A DNA stretch of 63,612 nt, counting the filler, from Collodictyon triciliatum (lineage: Eukaryota), in NCBI GenBank assembly GCA_043381765.1. It is 18 parts of 18 records of this genome, joined end to end, with 100 filler letters (N's around TTAATTAATTAA, not from the genome) between each part and the next. Parts side by side here need not be neighbours in the genome. Positions count along the whole stretch, not along the records: positions 1 to 3,531 come from JBHJMP010007189.1; positions 3,632 to 7,162 come from JBHJMP010007190.1; positions 7,263 to 10,792 come from JBHJMP010007192.1; positions 10,893 to 14,422 come from JBHJMP010007193.1; 14 more parts are not named here. One strand, written 5' to 3'. The position numbers and the translations under genes were made by a program. The notes below the pieces were generated by a model that was not told the DNA's origin, did not search any database, and was given only the letters and a program-made list of their open reading frames with translations. Below are positions 1-12,001 of the stretch, piece by piece; positions within the stretch are counted from its first letter, which is position 1, and every line of letters begins with the position of its first letter.

Positions 1-93
<93 letters not shown>
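1..93. repeat. (TAA)n microsatellite at contig edge
   Basis: Perfect TAA tandem array. Confidence 0.95.
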
Positions 94-94
<1 letters not shown>

Positions 95-95
<1 letters not shown>

Positions 96-325
96 GTGTG
101 GAAAGAGGCTGAGAAAGATATCCAACCTCGCCTTGTATCTCTCATGCAAGCACAAGACCCAGGCTACAGGCCAAACCGCAGGATGCAATTCCTGATTACC
201 GACTGCTTCCCCGCCACCCGGCCAACAAGTAGCGTCCATGCAAGCGATGGCTAGCGAACCAAAGCCAGCATCTCCACCATCCTGCACAAAATTGAAAGGA
301 AGAATAAAAAAATAGCAATAATAAT
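95..325 (+). mobile_element. 3' end of non-LTR retroelement family B (ORF C-terminus, 3' UTR, A-rich tail)
   Basis: The frame VWKEAEKDIQPRL...QFLITDCFPATRP...* is followed by aaagccagcatctccaccatcctgcacaaaattgaaaggaagaataaaa. That 3' motif recurs at 6483, 10985(-), 37550(-) and 46287. Confidence 0.6.
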
Positions 326-327
326 AA

Positions 328-1750
328 ATCAAATCATCAGCTTTTTGTGGGTGATATCGAGTTGTATGCAGACAACAAAGAGTGGCTAGATGCACTGTCA
401 GAAATAACAGCTAGCAACCTAAAGTAAGCAAGGCTTATAACAAATAAAGGGAGTCTAGAAACTAACAACCAGAACAATTCGCTCCACGCTGAAGAAATTG
501 GACGAGGTGGGCCTATTGATACCTACAAGTCTATGACGACCAATGAAACCGAATATCAAAGACAACGAAGATACAGACACCAGAAGAGATGTATGCAAGA
601 ATGATTAAACTGTATTCATCCAACCTAAACGCAAAATATATCTTAACCCCAATCAATTCACCTGTCTTATCACTATTATATGAATATATTGGATTAGTCG
701 GTTACAGTCCGAATGCTCTCAGGGATAGACTTGAAAACAAGTAATCTCAATAGCATCAAAGTACAGCTTAATTATTACAAACTTAAGGAGGCTCTACCCA
801 CCCCAAAAAAATAGTAAGAGGGGCTTATCAGCATTCAACATAAAGCAGAATGGCTGCTCATAAACTTTTAATGCTACTGGAGTGACATCTCGACGAATCA
901 AAAGAAAACTGCTGCCCTTATGACAGAGGGGGAAAAAAGGACAAAAGATGCTACCAGCCGCTTGAATCGAGGAAATGCGATTAACATATTCCCAGCGCGA
1001 TTCCCGGAGTTCAACCTTGTCAAGTTTATTAGTGTAAAGGCTTCCTCTGTGCAGCTAAAGGACATATCCTAAATCGACCATGGTACATAAGACGTCGCGA
1101 AGAATAATGAACCCACATACACTTCAGCGCAGGATATACCTTATCAAAAGATAAACAACTCAAAAGATACATAATGGAGAATGTCATCGAAAATTAATAC
1201 GTCTTGATATCATCCAACCATATCTATTTGCATGAGGCCAAGACCTCGGCATTTAGAGGTGACATAGTTGTTCATGAGAAAGCGCACAAACCCATGCATA
1301 CATGTGATGTGGAGGATGCGATGCCATAAAAGCAAGCCAAAAAGGAACAAGAAAAATAGTTTGTGGGTATGAGGCCCTGGGGGGAGATGGTCAAGAAATA
1401 TGACACGATAGTAGTGGAACTCCCATATATCGTCTTTTGGGATGGTGCCATAATCAGGTAAAAAAAAAAAAACAAACGCGGGCTTTATATGTTTCAGGCA
1501 TGTCTGATAGAACATATACATATATTCTAAAAGTGGCGATGAAAGTAACTATAGATATTATATTATGTACGAATAAAGAGGAGAAAAAAAACAGACAAGT
1601 AAGATAATCTACAAGGACATAGTCACCAACGAAATAATCAGACAAGATATTGACACTCACAATGAACTTCCTTAAACTCTCATGGTGTTCTTTCTGGCCT
1701 AGTTGCGAGAAATATTAAAGAGCCAATGATTTCACAGAATTTGAGTAAGA
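328..1750 (+). mobile_element. Decayed R4/Dong-like non-LTR retrotransposon (RT C-half, zinc knuckle, REL endonuclease)
   Basis: Broken frames read NHQLFVGDIELYADNKEWL (RT HxLFxDD motif with D>G), EEMYARMIKLYSSNLNAK, RRLYPP..RGLISIQ, a degenerate C..C..H..GC knuckle and YIVFWDGAII...ILKVA. Many stops and frameshifts. Confidence 0.55.
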
Positions 1751-1848
1751 TACAGATTATTACTATTTAGTTTCCCAGCTTGCTTTGCATGTTTTTATTT
1801 CCTGTCACGAAAAAGGGGGACACGCACATAACCAAACAATCGCATATA

Positions 1849-2798
1849 TCACTTTTCGGGCGTATCTTGTTTCTTTTCAGTATCTGCAGATTCAGCCGTG
1901 GTTTTTGGTCGAATATTTAGCACTTTGACAACTACAGGAATGGTGGCAAGGCTAACAGGCAAGCGCAGGGGCAGCGCAGCCTGGAAATGATCAACGAAGG
2001 AAAAACATGATCAAATATCAAATTCAATTAAATAAGCTCAAGTAAATATCGAAATTAAATGTAATTCACCTTATGAAGAAGGTACGCTATCGCAAATGTC
2101 GAAAGGCCCTCAGCAACCTAAATCACCATCAATTAAGAGGACTGAATCATCAGTAAAAGGAAGCATAACAATAACAAAATTAGGGTTTATTCCATCATAT
2201 CCTTCTCTAAAAACATAATTTCAGTGTAATGATAACAATAATAACAATATTCACCAACATGACCATAGGAAGAAAGAGACGAGAAATATATGCCATGATA
2301 TCTACATATTCAAACCAATAGCGATAAGAGTAGAAGACAGTATCAAAGGCTCACGCTTCCTTGCAGCTGGAACAAGTCCAGTAAGACCTGCAAATCCACC
2401 GTGCTCACAGCTGTCACAAAGCAGCCAAGCGACACGAGAGACACGCCAATGTGCGTTCCCATGGCCACAGCCCCATACACTTTGACATACTCCATTAGCT
2501 GCTTGCGGCGCGATGTAGTTGACTGCAAACTGGTCAAACCGCTTTTCTGCTTCGCCGCTTTTCCTTCCTCGTCTTCATTATTTGCCGCCACACGGCCAAC
2601 AGATACGGTGCGAAAAGTAAACGGAGTCTGCATCGACCCCACACATCTTGCGACAGACATATCCACGCCTTTTCCGCTGCTTCCGGCCAGAATAGCTAGA
2701 CAGCGGCCGAGTGGGCGTGTGCTGCAAAGCTGATTCATGCTTGTGTGGGTGAAAAAGAGGCCGGTGGCGAAACGGCGTGTTGGGGCGACCAGGGTCAT
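1849..2798 (-). CDS. FAM210B/DUF1279 family mitochondrial membrane protein, 3 exons (2355-2798, 2070-2117, 1849-1980)
   Basis: Contains YVKVYGAVAMGTHIGVSLVSLG and the spliced STFAIAYLLHK|AALPLRLPVSL. GT-AG introns. Arg-rich N-terminal presequence. Confidence 0.85.
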
Positions 2799-3531
2799 CG
2801 GCTCAACTGTTGCAGATGTCTGGGGTGACTAGTAAGTATTTTCCTTTTCTATTATCTTTATCTTTATCCCCGTTTATTTTAATAAGAAGCATTGATAGAG
2901 GAATAAATGAAAAGAAGCATTGATAGATATTCCTCTCATATATACTTTTTTTTTCTTCCCCTCCACTTAATTTGAATCGGATAAAACAAGGAGAAAAAAT
3001 CCTTATTCCCCTTACCTGTTTTTTATACCTATTTAAGTTTCTGCTTTTGCTTTGTCGTGTTTGTTATGTTTGCTATTTTATGTTACATATTTTGTTCACT
3101 TTGAGTCGATTAGTGAGAGAAAAATTGCTATACATTTCTTTGGGGCTTTTTCCTGTAAAGTGTACGAAAGTGACATTACAATGGATACAACTGAAACCAA
3201 AAGATTTATGTATTTTTTTTGTTTTTTTCTTTTTTGTTTTCTTTTGTTTTTGGATTTTTGTCTTTGTTTTTGTTTTTGTTTTAGTGTCAATTGTAACGTA
3301 ATTATTATTCCAATATATAGTTTAAATAAAAGTTCACTGCTTTAATAGTCACAATCACACAGTCTCATGCATTCACACGAGAACTCATTAAAGCCAAAGA
3401 ACACTAGAAAACTCTGACCATCACAACACAGAGTTTGTAAAAAGGTATCAGTGAAGGCTTAAGCATAAAATAAAAATAAAAAACAAAAAACAAAAAACAA
3501 AAAACAAAAAAAAAAAAAAAAAAAAAAAAAA

Positions 3532-3631
3532 NNNNNNNNNNNNNNNNNNNNNNNNNNNNNNNNNNNNNNNNNNNNTTAATTAATTAANNNNNNNNNNNNN
3601 NNNNNNNNNNNNNNNNNNNNNNNNNNNNNNN
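3532..3631. other. Artificial contig spacer N44-TTAATTAATTAA-N44 (repeated at about 7163, 10793, 14423, 18053, 21680, 25308, 28936, 32563, 36190, 39817, 43444, 47069, 50694, 54318, 57941, 61563)
   Basis: Identical 100-nt linker with stops in all six frames every ~3.63 kb. Contig lengths fall slowly along the window. Confidence 0.98.
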
Positions 3632-4636
3632 TTGGTTTTTTTTGGTTTTTTTTGGTTTTTTGCTTTTTGCTTTTTGCTTTTTTTTTGTTTTTTGCTTTTT
3701 GCTTTTTGCTTTTTGCTTTTTGTGAAAGACTGTAACAAATGCCTTAAACAACGGATTTTCCAAAAGCATCTACATTCTAGAGGCTCTGAAAGTTTCCGGA
3801 GCCATAGGGAACCCTCCAGAAAGGCCTACCTACCCAATACCGAAGAACTCCGTCTACGCTTAGCTAAAGCTGTCTTTTCTCCTTTTTCCAAGAGAAAATG
3901 ATTACGCTCTTACGTCTTTCGAGACACAAAAACCCTCTTCTTACCATGAATCTATACTTTTTTTATCCTCATGTTATGAAATCAGAGTTTCTGTCAATCT
4001 CCTTCGGCCTTACTTTGGTTTTGAGAGTAGCTGAACCCTTGAAGCCGAACGTTGGTGGTGTATTACCAACACTTTGAGATGTGTATACAATTGGATGATT
4101 TAAAGATTAAGATGCATTCACCCAAAAAAAACAATCTCACTAGATAGAACAATTCAATCATTCATCCATTCAATCTTTCAATCAAACCAGCAAAGGGGCA
4201 AAGGGGCAATATGATCATCCGGTGAAGCACAACCAAACACAGGTCTTTCGTGCCATGACCACTTATTTAGGAATGCAATTTTCGAGCAAACCGGTCCATA
4301 CTACTATAAGTGGAAAATATACCGATTTTCTGCTAAAATATCATAATACCCTTTAAACACTTTCCTGCACCTTGTTTGTGGATCTGCGCAAACCTGGACG
4401 TGCGTATATTCTTTCCCCTACAACCGGCTGCGCCTTGTTCACATTAAAAGCCTCTCTTCAGCACCAAAACTCTGATCAGATAGAATATTGTCTTTGGTTA
4501 TAAGTTTTTTCTTTATTTCTGTTCTTTCTCCCTTCTTTTTTTCTTTTTCTCTTTCTTTTTCTTTTTCTTTTTCTTTTTCTTTTCCTTTTTCTTTGTATAT
4601 TGTTTAATTTTGAATCAGACAAGTCGCTCCAGGAAG

Positions 4637-5685
4637 ATGTCCGATATCGACACGCGCTTCACCACCGCGATCGGGCTTGTGCAAGAAGCCTTCGTAGCCA
4701 AGGTTTTGAGGGCCCTCGCATTTATATTCCAGTGTTTAATTGTGTGATGTTTGCGTGTCGGGTTGCTGCCTTTTGTATTGACCTCTTCTATTTCAAGACT
4801 CAAGCCCTACAAAGCGAAGTCTCCCGCTGCCAACAGACACACCAGCAAAATGCTGACAAGGTTATTTTACGTCATAGACATCAAAAGAGCTCCTTTTTTT
4901 TTNNNNNNNNNNNNNNNNNNNNNNNNNNNNNNNNNNNNNNNNNNNNNNNNNNNNNNNNNNNNNNNNNNNNNNNNNNNNNNNNNNNNNNNNNNNNNNNNNN
5001 NNNNNNNNNNNNNNNNNNNNNNNNNNNNNNNNNNNNNNNNNNNNNNNNNNNNNNNNNNNNNNNNNNNNNNNNNNNNNNNNNNNNNNNNNNNNNNNNNNNN
5101 NNNNNNNNNNNNNNNNNNNNNNNNNNNNNNNNNNNNNNNNNNNNNNNNNNNNNNNNNNNNNNNNNNNNNNNNNNNNNNNNNNNNNNNNNNNNNNNNNNNN
5201 NNNNNNNNNNNNNNNNNNNNNNNNNNNNNNNNNNNNNNNNNNNNNNNNNNNNNNNNNNNNNNNNNNNNNNNNNNNNNNNNNNNNNNNNNNNNNNNNNNNN
5301 NNNNNNNNNNNNNNNNNNNNNNNNNNNNNNNNNNNNNNNNNNNNNNNNNNNNNNNNNNNNNNNNNNNNNNNATTATATTTCAGTATGTTTTATTTCCAGT
5401 ATTATTCTTATTGACATGATTAAATTGCAGCAAATTGCATCCATGGTTGTTGCAGATATTCCCTTCGATTCCATTACCGACTCTGGCTTTTCACCATCGC
5501 GACGTTCGTTAATAGCAGAAGAACCCTCCACCCTTTGTTATTCTTCATTTACACATATGGCTTCTACAAGTTACTAATTTCACCGCTAAGTTCTGCTTAT
5601 TATCGGGATTATAGCGGACTTCACTCAACAGCCAGCTTCGAAGTCTTCGCCCAACGGATCTGCTGCGTATCCTGCAACTGCCGCG
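4637..5685 (+). CDS. Putative multi-exon coiled-coil protein of unknown function (partial, spans an N gap)
   Basis: MSDIDTRFTTAIGLVQEAFVAK|TQALQSEVSRCQQTHQQNADK joins through a GT-AG intron. Further exon-like segments lie near 5431 and 5615. The 3' end is unresolved. Confidence 0.4.
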
Positions 5686-6482
5686 TAAGCACTTAATAAA
5701 AATAGAAAAATAAAGTCATGTATTACATATTTTGAGCCGAATGGATCAAAGTTATCATGTATATGATCCACTCGTATGTGGGAACTATGCAATGCATTTA
5801 ACAAAGGACTTGTAAACAATCATTTATCGAAATTCAGGAATCAATCGACTTACTCAGGCGTCGCCACCCCAGTGAGAATTACATCATCACAATAACACAC
5901 ACCGGGCATATATGTAGATATATCCCCTGTATTTTGTTTACCGCTTAATATCAGACTACGTGCGTGCATTTTCCAAGAAAAATATCCCGCTATAATACCT
6001 TTAATCTCATCTACATTAATACACACATGATGCTTCCAAATTTAAACCTGTATTTGTTGGGAGAAGGATTCGAATCGTACTCAAGGTATGAGTTTCTGTC
6101 AAATATTTATCTCATTATCTGAAGTTTAGAAGATGAGGGTCTATCAGAGAATTCTAAGTACCAACTTTACTTAACCTTGACGAAAGGATGGTACTGATGA
6201 TAAAAAGTATATATACATAATTACTCAGCTCACAATTTTCGCAATAAAACGCAAGAAGTCAATAATTGAGTATGTTGCATCCTCCGTAGGACGTTCGTCG
6301 TCATCACCCCACCGATACACTGTTCTGAATACTGAGCTTGTAGTTGACCCTGAATTTTACTATAGTCAGGTACTTACAAAGACATATGCCGATATAAAGC
6401 CATCTAGCAGATGTCTCTTTTTATCTTTCCCTCCATTCTTTGAATTTATTTCTGGTAAGCGTTATATTTGTCAAGGCATGTG

Positions 6483-6526
6483 CCTCGGTCCTGCACAAAA
6501 AGTTGAAAGGAAGAATAAAAAAAAAA
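6483..6526 (+). mobile_element. 44-bp 5'-truncated family B retro-insertion with poly-A tail and 15-bp target-site duplication
   Basis: ttgtcaaggcatgtg at 6468-6482 and 6527-6541 flanks cctcggtcctgcacaaaaagttgaaaggaagaat followed by poly-A. Confidence 0.8.
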
Positions 6527-6805
6527 TTGTCAAGGCATGTGTAACTGTCGTTGTTGATAGCGCTATATGACGTAGGTTCGTCGTGTCTTGGATGCCCAAC
6601 AATTCGCTGATTTTACTGCAAATATCAAGCGCCTCAACAGCGGTGCACAGGTTGTTACGAGATGGGCGCACCGTTGTTTTTGAAAAAGATATGACCAAGA
6701 GATATATCTACCGATTGTATATGCATATTGAAGAAGTAGTGGTCAGCTATGAATTTTTGCTTTGTGTTTGTTGTAAATAGATGTTGAAGATAAAATAAGC
6801 ACACA

Positions 6806-6851
<46 letters not shown>

Positions 6852-7529
6852 TACTAAATACAGACTGTGGAGGAAACTCTCGAGCAAGCGAGGGTTATTC
6901 TCGGAGAAGAACGGCCGTTCCTCATTTCTCAATTTCATGCCCTCATCAAGCAATCCAATTCCCTCCAGTCTTCTGACTAACTTCGCTTTTTATAAAGGCG
7001 AAAAAATGTGTTTAGTATTTGATTTTCTTTTTCTTTTTCTTTTTTTTCTTTTTCTTTTTTTTCTTTTTCTTTCTCTTTTCTTTCTCTTTTCTTTCTCTTT
7101 TCTTTCTCTTTTCTTTCTCTTTTCTTTCTCTTTTCTTTCTCTTTTCTTTCTCTTTTCTTTCTNNNNNNNNNNNNNNNNNNNNNNNNNNNNNNNNNNNNNN
7201 NNNNNNTTAATTAATTAANNNNNNNNNNNNNNNNNNNNNNNNNNNNNNNNNNNNNNNNNNNNAGAAAAAAAGAAAAAAAGAAAAAAAGAAAAAAAGAAAA
7301 AAAGAAAAAAAGAAAAAAAGAAAAAAAGAAAAAAAGAAAAAAAGAAAAAAAGAAAAGGAGAGGAATCGCCCTTACAATACTATTAGTGGAGAGGTCGAAG
7401 TGCATCCTTTGAAATATAAATCCATATATTTGCCAAAAAAAAACAGGATCAAAAATATACAGAAAATAACCATAGGCTTCGAACAAAAGCTAGAACACAA
7501 GAACAAACCGCCCCTGCAAACCAGCCAGA

Positions 7530-9951
7530 ATGCTCGTCTCCATGGAACAAGACGCAACACACGCACTCCGTTTAATGCACAACGAAGGCGAGGTCTCCAC
7601 AAATGCTGCCACGTCAGGGGCTTTGAAGACGTGCTTGGAGACTGCGCACGGTCAAAGAGAAAGCAACGACGCAGAGTCCGAGCCTGTCTGGTTCCCGCTG
7701 CAGACGGTTTTCTGGCGCTCGACTGCAGCGGACGTAAAGAATGGTTTGTCTCCATATCACTCCAATATTCTCCACGTTGTTTCGACTTTCTCACTTATAT
7801 ATCAGTTCATAAATACTATGCGTGAAGCACAAGCAATAGTTAGGCTTTGACGGGGCTTGAAATTCCTTTATTAAACTTTTCTCATCTAGATATTCCTTAT
7901 TGGTATTTTCCTACAAAAAACTAAAATGAAAACAAAATATAAAATGAAAACAAAGTGAAAACAAAAAGAAAAGAAGATGAAAAGAGAAGAAAAGGGAAGA
8001 AGAAAAGAGAAGAAAAGAGAAGATGAAAACAAATTGAAAAAGCATTAATGTTAAGATATCATAAAGTGTTCAATGAACCTTAACCAAATTTAATATTTAT
8101 TTTGAAAACTCCACCAAAACAGGCGCTGTTGTTTGTTTAATAACATAGAGCAGAAAGTAATATTAATGTGCGGGGCCATTCAATACAGGGCTTCCTGCTG
8201 ATGTCCTTTCGCTTCCCTGGCAATTATCTCTCTTTGGAGATGGGTCCACTCTTTATCATCTCGAACTACTCACTAAGCAAAACATCCATGTCCAAATCAT
8301 CAGCCTCTCGGAGCAAAATGGTATAGTCATTTATTCTGTGGATGTTAGTATCAAAACTATCACCCAACCGATCTTTTGCGTGGTAGTATCGCTGCTGTCC
8401 ACTCTTGATTATTATTATTATTAATATTAATTTGCTGTTAGTTATTTTATCTTGCTCTACTTTGCTATTTATTTGTTTTGCTCTTTTACATTTTGCTTAT
8501 GGTTTATTCTTTCCCTCCCTCTCCAGCATATGCCTTGTTTGTCATCCTATCATGCAAACGGTCACTATTACATACCGTTCTGTTGATGGCTGGGCAAGTT
8601 TTACCCTGAACGCAACGTGTATGACAGTAGATTAACAAACAATAAATACTCAAGATGTCCAACCCGACTTTGAGCCACTCGCTGATGTTCTCCCACGACC
8701 ATGGATCCGTCGACAGGTTTATCTGTCTTACACGCGAATCAGCTCATTAGCTCACTTGAATCGCTTCATTCTCTCTTAATCACCCAGTAACATACACAAA
8801 CACAGTCGTTCATTTTTGTGTACTTGATTATATACACGCGTTGCTTTTAAGCGCGTCCGACCTGCGACTGATCAAAATCATGTTTTAACACACATTTTGT
8901 TTTTCCCTTTTCTCCAAATCAGATATTTCTTGAAACAGAGGACACCAGAGAAAAAGTCATCTACGCTGCATCCTGGTGGAATGGTGAATATTCCAAAAAG
9001 TTGATGAAGGACGAAACAAAGCCTGTCTGGAGTAACCTTCATGGTCTCGATGTATTTCGTGACTTTCGGGTATGTTATCTTTCGAGTGATTTAAACCCAC
9101 TCTATTATTTCGCGTCTTTGCCCGAGCATATCGCTTTATTATTTGTTTGCACAAGAACCGATCTCAACCTGTGCTGTAACTTTTTTTTTGGCCATCCAAA
9201 ACTCCTACAATAAAAAATGCCTCTATTGTCTGAAAGAAAGGAAGAAAGAAAAATGGTGGTATGAAAGAGAGACCATCACACATGACAACCGCATTGTACA
9301 CATGATTGATAGGGCATCACATATTATTTCACCTCTTTTGCAAAAAAGTAAAATTATTCGGAGCTGCGGACAAATCCCTGCTAGCAATAATATAATATAA
9401 TATAATATAATATAATATCAATAATAAAATAAAATAATAAAATAATAAAATAAAATAAAATAAAATAATAAAATAAAATAATAAAATAAAATAATAAAAT
9501 AAAATAATAAAATAAAATAATAAAATAAAATAATAAAATAAAATAATAAAATAAAATAATAAAATAAAATAATAAAATAAAATAATAAAATAAAATAATA
9601 AAATAAAATAATAAAATAAAATAATAAAATAAAATAATAAAATAAAGAAGAAAAGAAATAAAATAAAAAAGAAAAGAAATAAAAAAGAAAAGAAAAGAAA
9701 AGAAAAGCACTACCCCACTTCAATAAACCCGAGCAATCTATGTGCAGGGCATAATCTATGGGAACAGTCCTGCCTTGGAGAGAATGTTTGGAGTTGCAGG
9801 GCCTTTTTGGGCGCGATACTATCTTCTTTGGCACCGCGGCCATCCACTCTGCCTCATCTACGAAGTCTACTCGAACGCTCTTAGCACATACCTTGGCTCT
9901 TCGCTGGCCACCCCAGAAAAGCTGATGGCGCTCTCCCATCCCCAACAATAA
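7530..9951 (+). CDS. ycf21: Ycf21/DUF98 UbiC-like chorismate pyruvate-lyase, 5 exons (7530-7743, 8189-8320, 8655-8716, 8923-9069, 9748-9951)
   Basis: The spliced product contains WQLSLFGDGSTLYHLELLT, PWIRRQIFL, YAASWW, KPVW, FRDFRGIIYGNS and GPFWARYYLLWHRGHPLCLIYEVYS. These follow the cyanobacterial DUF98 motif order. All introns are GT-AG and keep the frame. Confidence 0.85.
9420..9645. repeat. A/T microsatellite (AAAAT/AATAAAAT) inside ycf21 intron 4
   Basis: Visible tandem array. It generates the spurious FYYFILL ORFs. Confidence 0.9.
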
Positions 9952-10029
9952 GGACACACACCATGTACCTTACCCTGTATGACCCTCCGCGGCTTCCCTG
10001 CCAAATCCTACCCACAAGGAACCAGAAAA

Positions 10030-10358
10030 TTAAAATGCTGAGGGGATTTGAACGTGGCCCTTTACGGAGTCCCATTTTATTCCTTTCGCCTCATCCATGC
10101 AGAACTCTGCACCGATTGCATTACCCTTATCTATTATGCGCGTGCCAATCATAATCATCGTGTCCCTCTTCCTCCGGGTCTGTGCGCTTGGGCGAAAGCT
10201 CCCCACCGTCGGCCCCATATCTCTATATACCATCCTCTCTGTACGAAAAAATAAATAAAATCAAATAGCACTCCACTGCCAATAATATCAATCGTGAAAC
10301 ACAGGGACGGAGTACTGGAAAGAATGTTCGGGGCGAGGATGTATCGCTCGGTGGCCAT
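10030..10358 (-). CDS. Putative small 2-exon protein (about 83 aa) of unknown function
   Basis: MATERYILAPNILS joins in frame through a 77-nt GT-AG intron (10239-10315) to KRMVYRDMG...HVQIPSAF*. Confidence 0.4.
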
Positions 10359-10892
10359 GAAGCTTGCACCTATCTGGAGCTCTTTTTATCTGAGCGCTAT
10401 AAAATAAGTCCCGCCTGCGCTTTTTTCTATTATTTGATTCTGTCCTGTTTATTTTTATTCCTCCGAGGCGATGGTGACATCTCCCTGATATGGCACTATA
10501 GGGTATGCGAAAAAAAATGTTGGTTGTCTCGCAAGGCGGCTACCCGAGTCTTTCATGAGCCTGCAGGCTTTCGCGCTGATTCAGCTTCTTTCTGCAGAAA
10601 ATCGAGCCAAAGGTCGGCCAAATTCTGCATAGGCCATTTAAATATCATTCACATGCCCGCATCACTGATAAGCATAAAAAAATGAAAGAAAACAAAAAAA
10701 GAAGAAAAAAAGAAGAAAAAAAGAAGAAAAAAAGAAGAAAAAAAGAAGAAAAAAAGAAGAAAAAAAGAAGAAAAAAAGAAGAAAAAAAGAAGNNNNNNNN
10801 NNNNNNNNNNNNNNNNNNNNNNNNNNNNNNNNNNNNTTAATTAATTAANNNNNNNNNNNNNNNNNNNNNNNNNNNNNNNNNNNNNNNNNNNN

Positions 10893-10985
<93 letters not shown>

Positions 10986-11035
10986 TCTTCCTTTCAGTTT
11001 TTGTGCAGGGCGGTGAGGATGTTGGCTTTTCCCCT
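10893..11035 (-). mobile_element. Family B retroelement 3' end with (TAA)n tail
   Basis: The minus strand reads aaagccaacatcctcaccgccctgcacaaaaactgaaaggaagaaa(taa)n, matching 261-310. Confidence 0.7.
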
Positions 11036-12001
11036 TTATTATCATTTATTTATTTGTTTCAAAGAGCACGCTCCATCTTTTTAGTAGTCTGTTGTACTCA
11101 CGGGTCGGTGGCAGCTGGCTTCTTGATCGTCGGTGTCTCGGTGCCTAACCTGTGTTGTAAAGGGATGTGGTCAAGCGACCTTTTCGCTCTCTGAGTTGGC
11201 TGCGTCGGCCTTCTCGGTTTGCGTACGGTCAGCAGGCATCCATCGGCACAGGGCTGCGGCGTCGGTCTCGTCCTTCTTGGGATTCCTCTTTCCAATCGCT
11301 TGCGTGTTTTTTTTTTCCAGCTTCGGAATGTGGTGGGTCGAGAGAAGGAAAGAAAGCCGGTGTTATAATACTATTTTCTGGAGAATATGCCCTTTTTGTC
11401 TAAGTGTTTATTATTTCTCAACAAAACAGACCTTTTCTTACTCGTTGTGTGTTTTTGTTGTTCCTTTCAACTCTGTCCCTCAGTTTGATCACCACATTTA
11501 TTATACCGTCAATTCTTGGCTGGTTTATTGTTGTCTTAAGGCCTGCTAGTGTTGCATTTGGCTTAAAATACTTATATTCCAAAAATGATGTCTATGTTGT
11601 TGCCGAAGATGAATCCCGCACCTTTTTTCCAGTTATGCATTATGACATTAAAACCCACAATATATTTTAACCATTATTTAGAAAAAAAATATTTTAACCA
11701 TTATTTCAAAAGTTCTATGCGGAAGAATTTTCCCTTCCATAAATGGACCAATGCAGAGAATGTTCTTTTGGAAGGAAATCGGTCGGAGCCTGATTCACAC
11801 CGGCATCCGCTATTCTCTTGTCGGAGTCCAAACCACCAAATGAAACACGCGCACAAGGAAGATCGCAGAGGTGCCCGGCCCTCTTGGAAAAACTCACCCT
11901 CTCCGGTTGTTTGATCAGTCACCTCCGACCCGACAAGAAGCCGCGAGAAGCAAGTTTTCACTACATATATTTTAAATAAAACATCCTTCCAGGACGAAAA
12001 C

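Noticed and set aside
3576-3587. Regularly spaced TTAATTAATTAA palindrome as a biological repeat or CRISPR-like array
   Set aside because: Always embedded in fixed N runs; it is an assembly linker.
3720-4500. Coding-like stretch, possibly an integrase or TE remnant
   Set aside because: No convincing motif or sustained frame.
6937-7486. Many F/L/S/K-rich ORFs on the track (also 9381, 21536, 33600, 43204, 51113, 54362)
   Set aside because: Translations of microsatellites and N runs.
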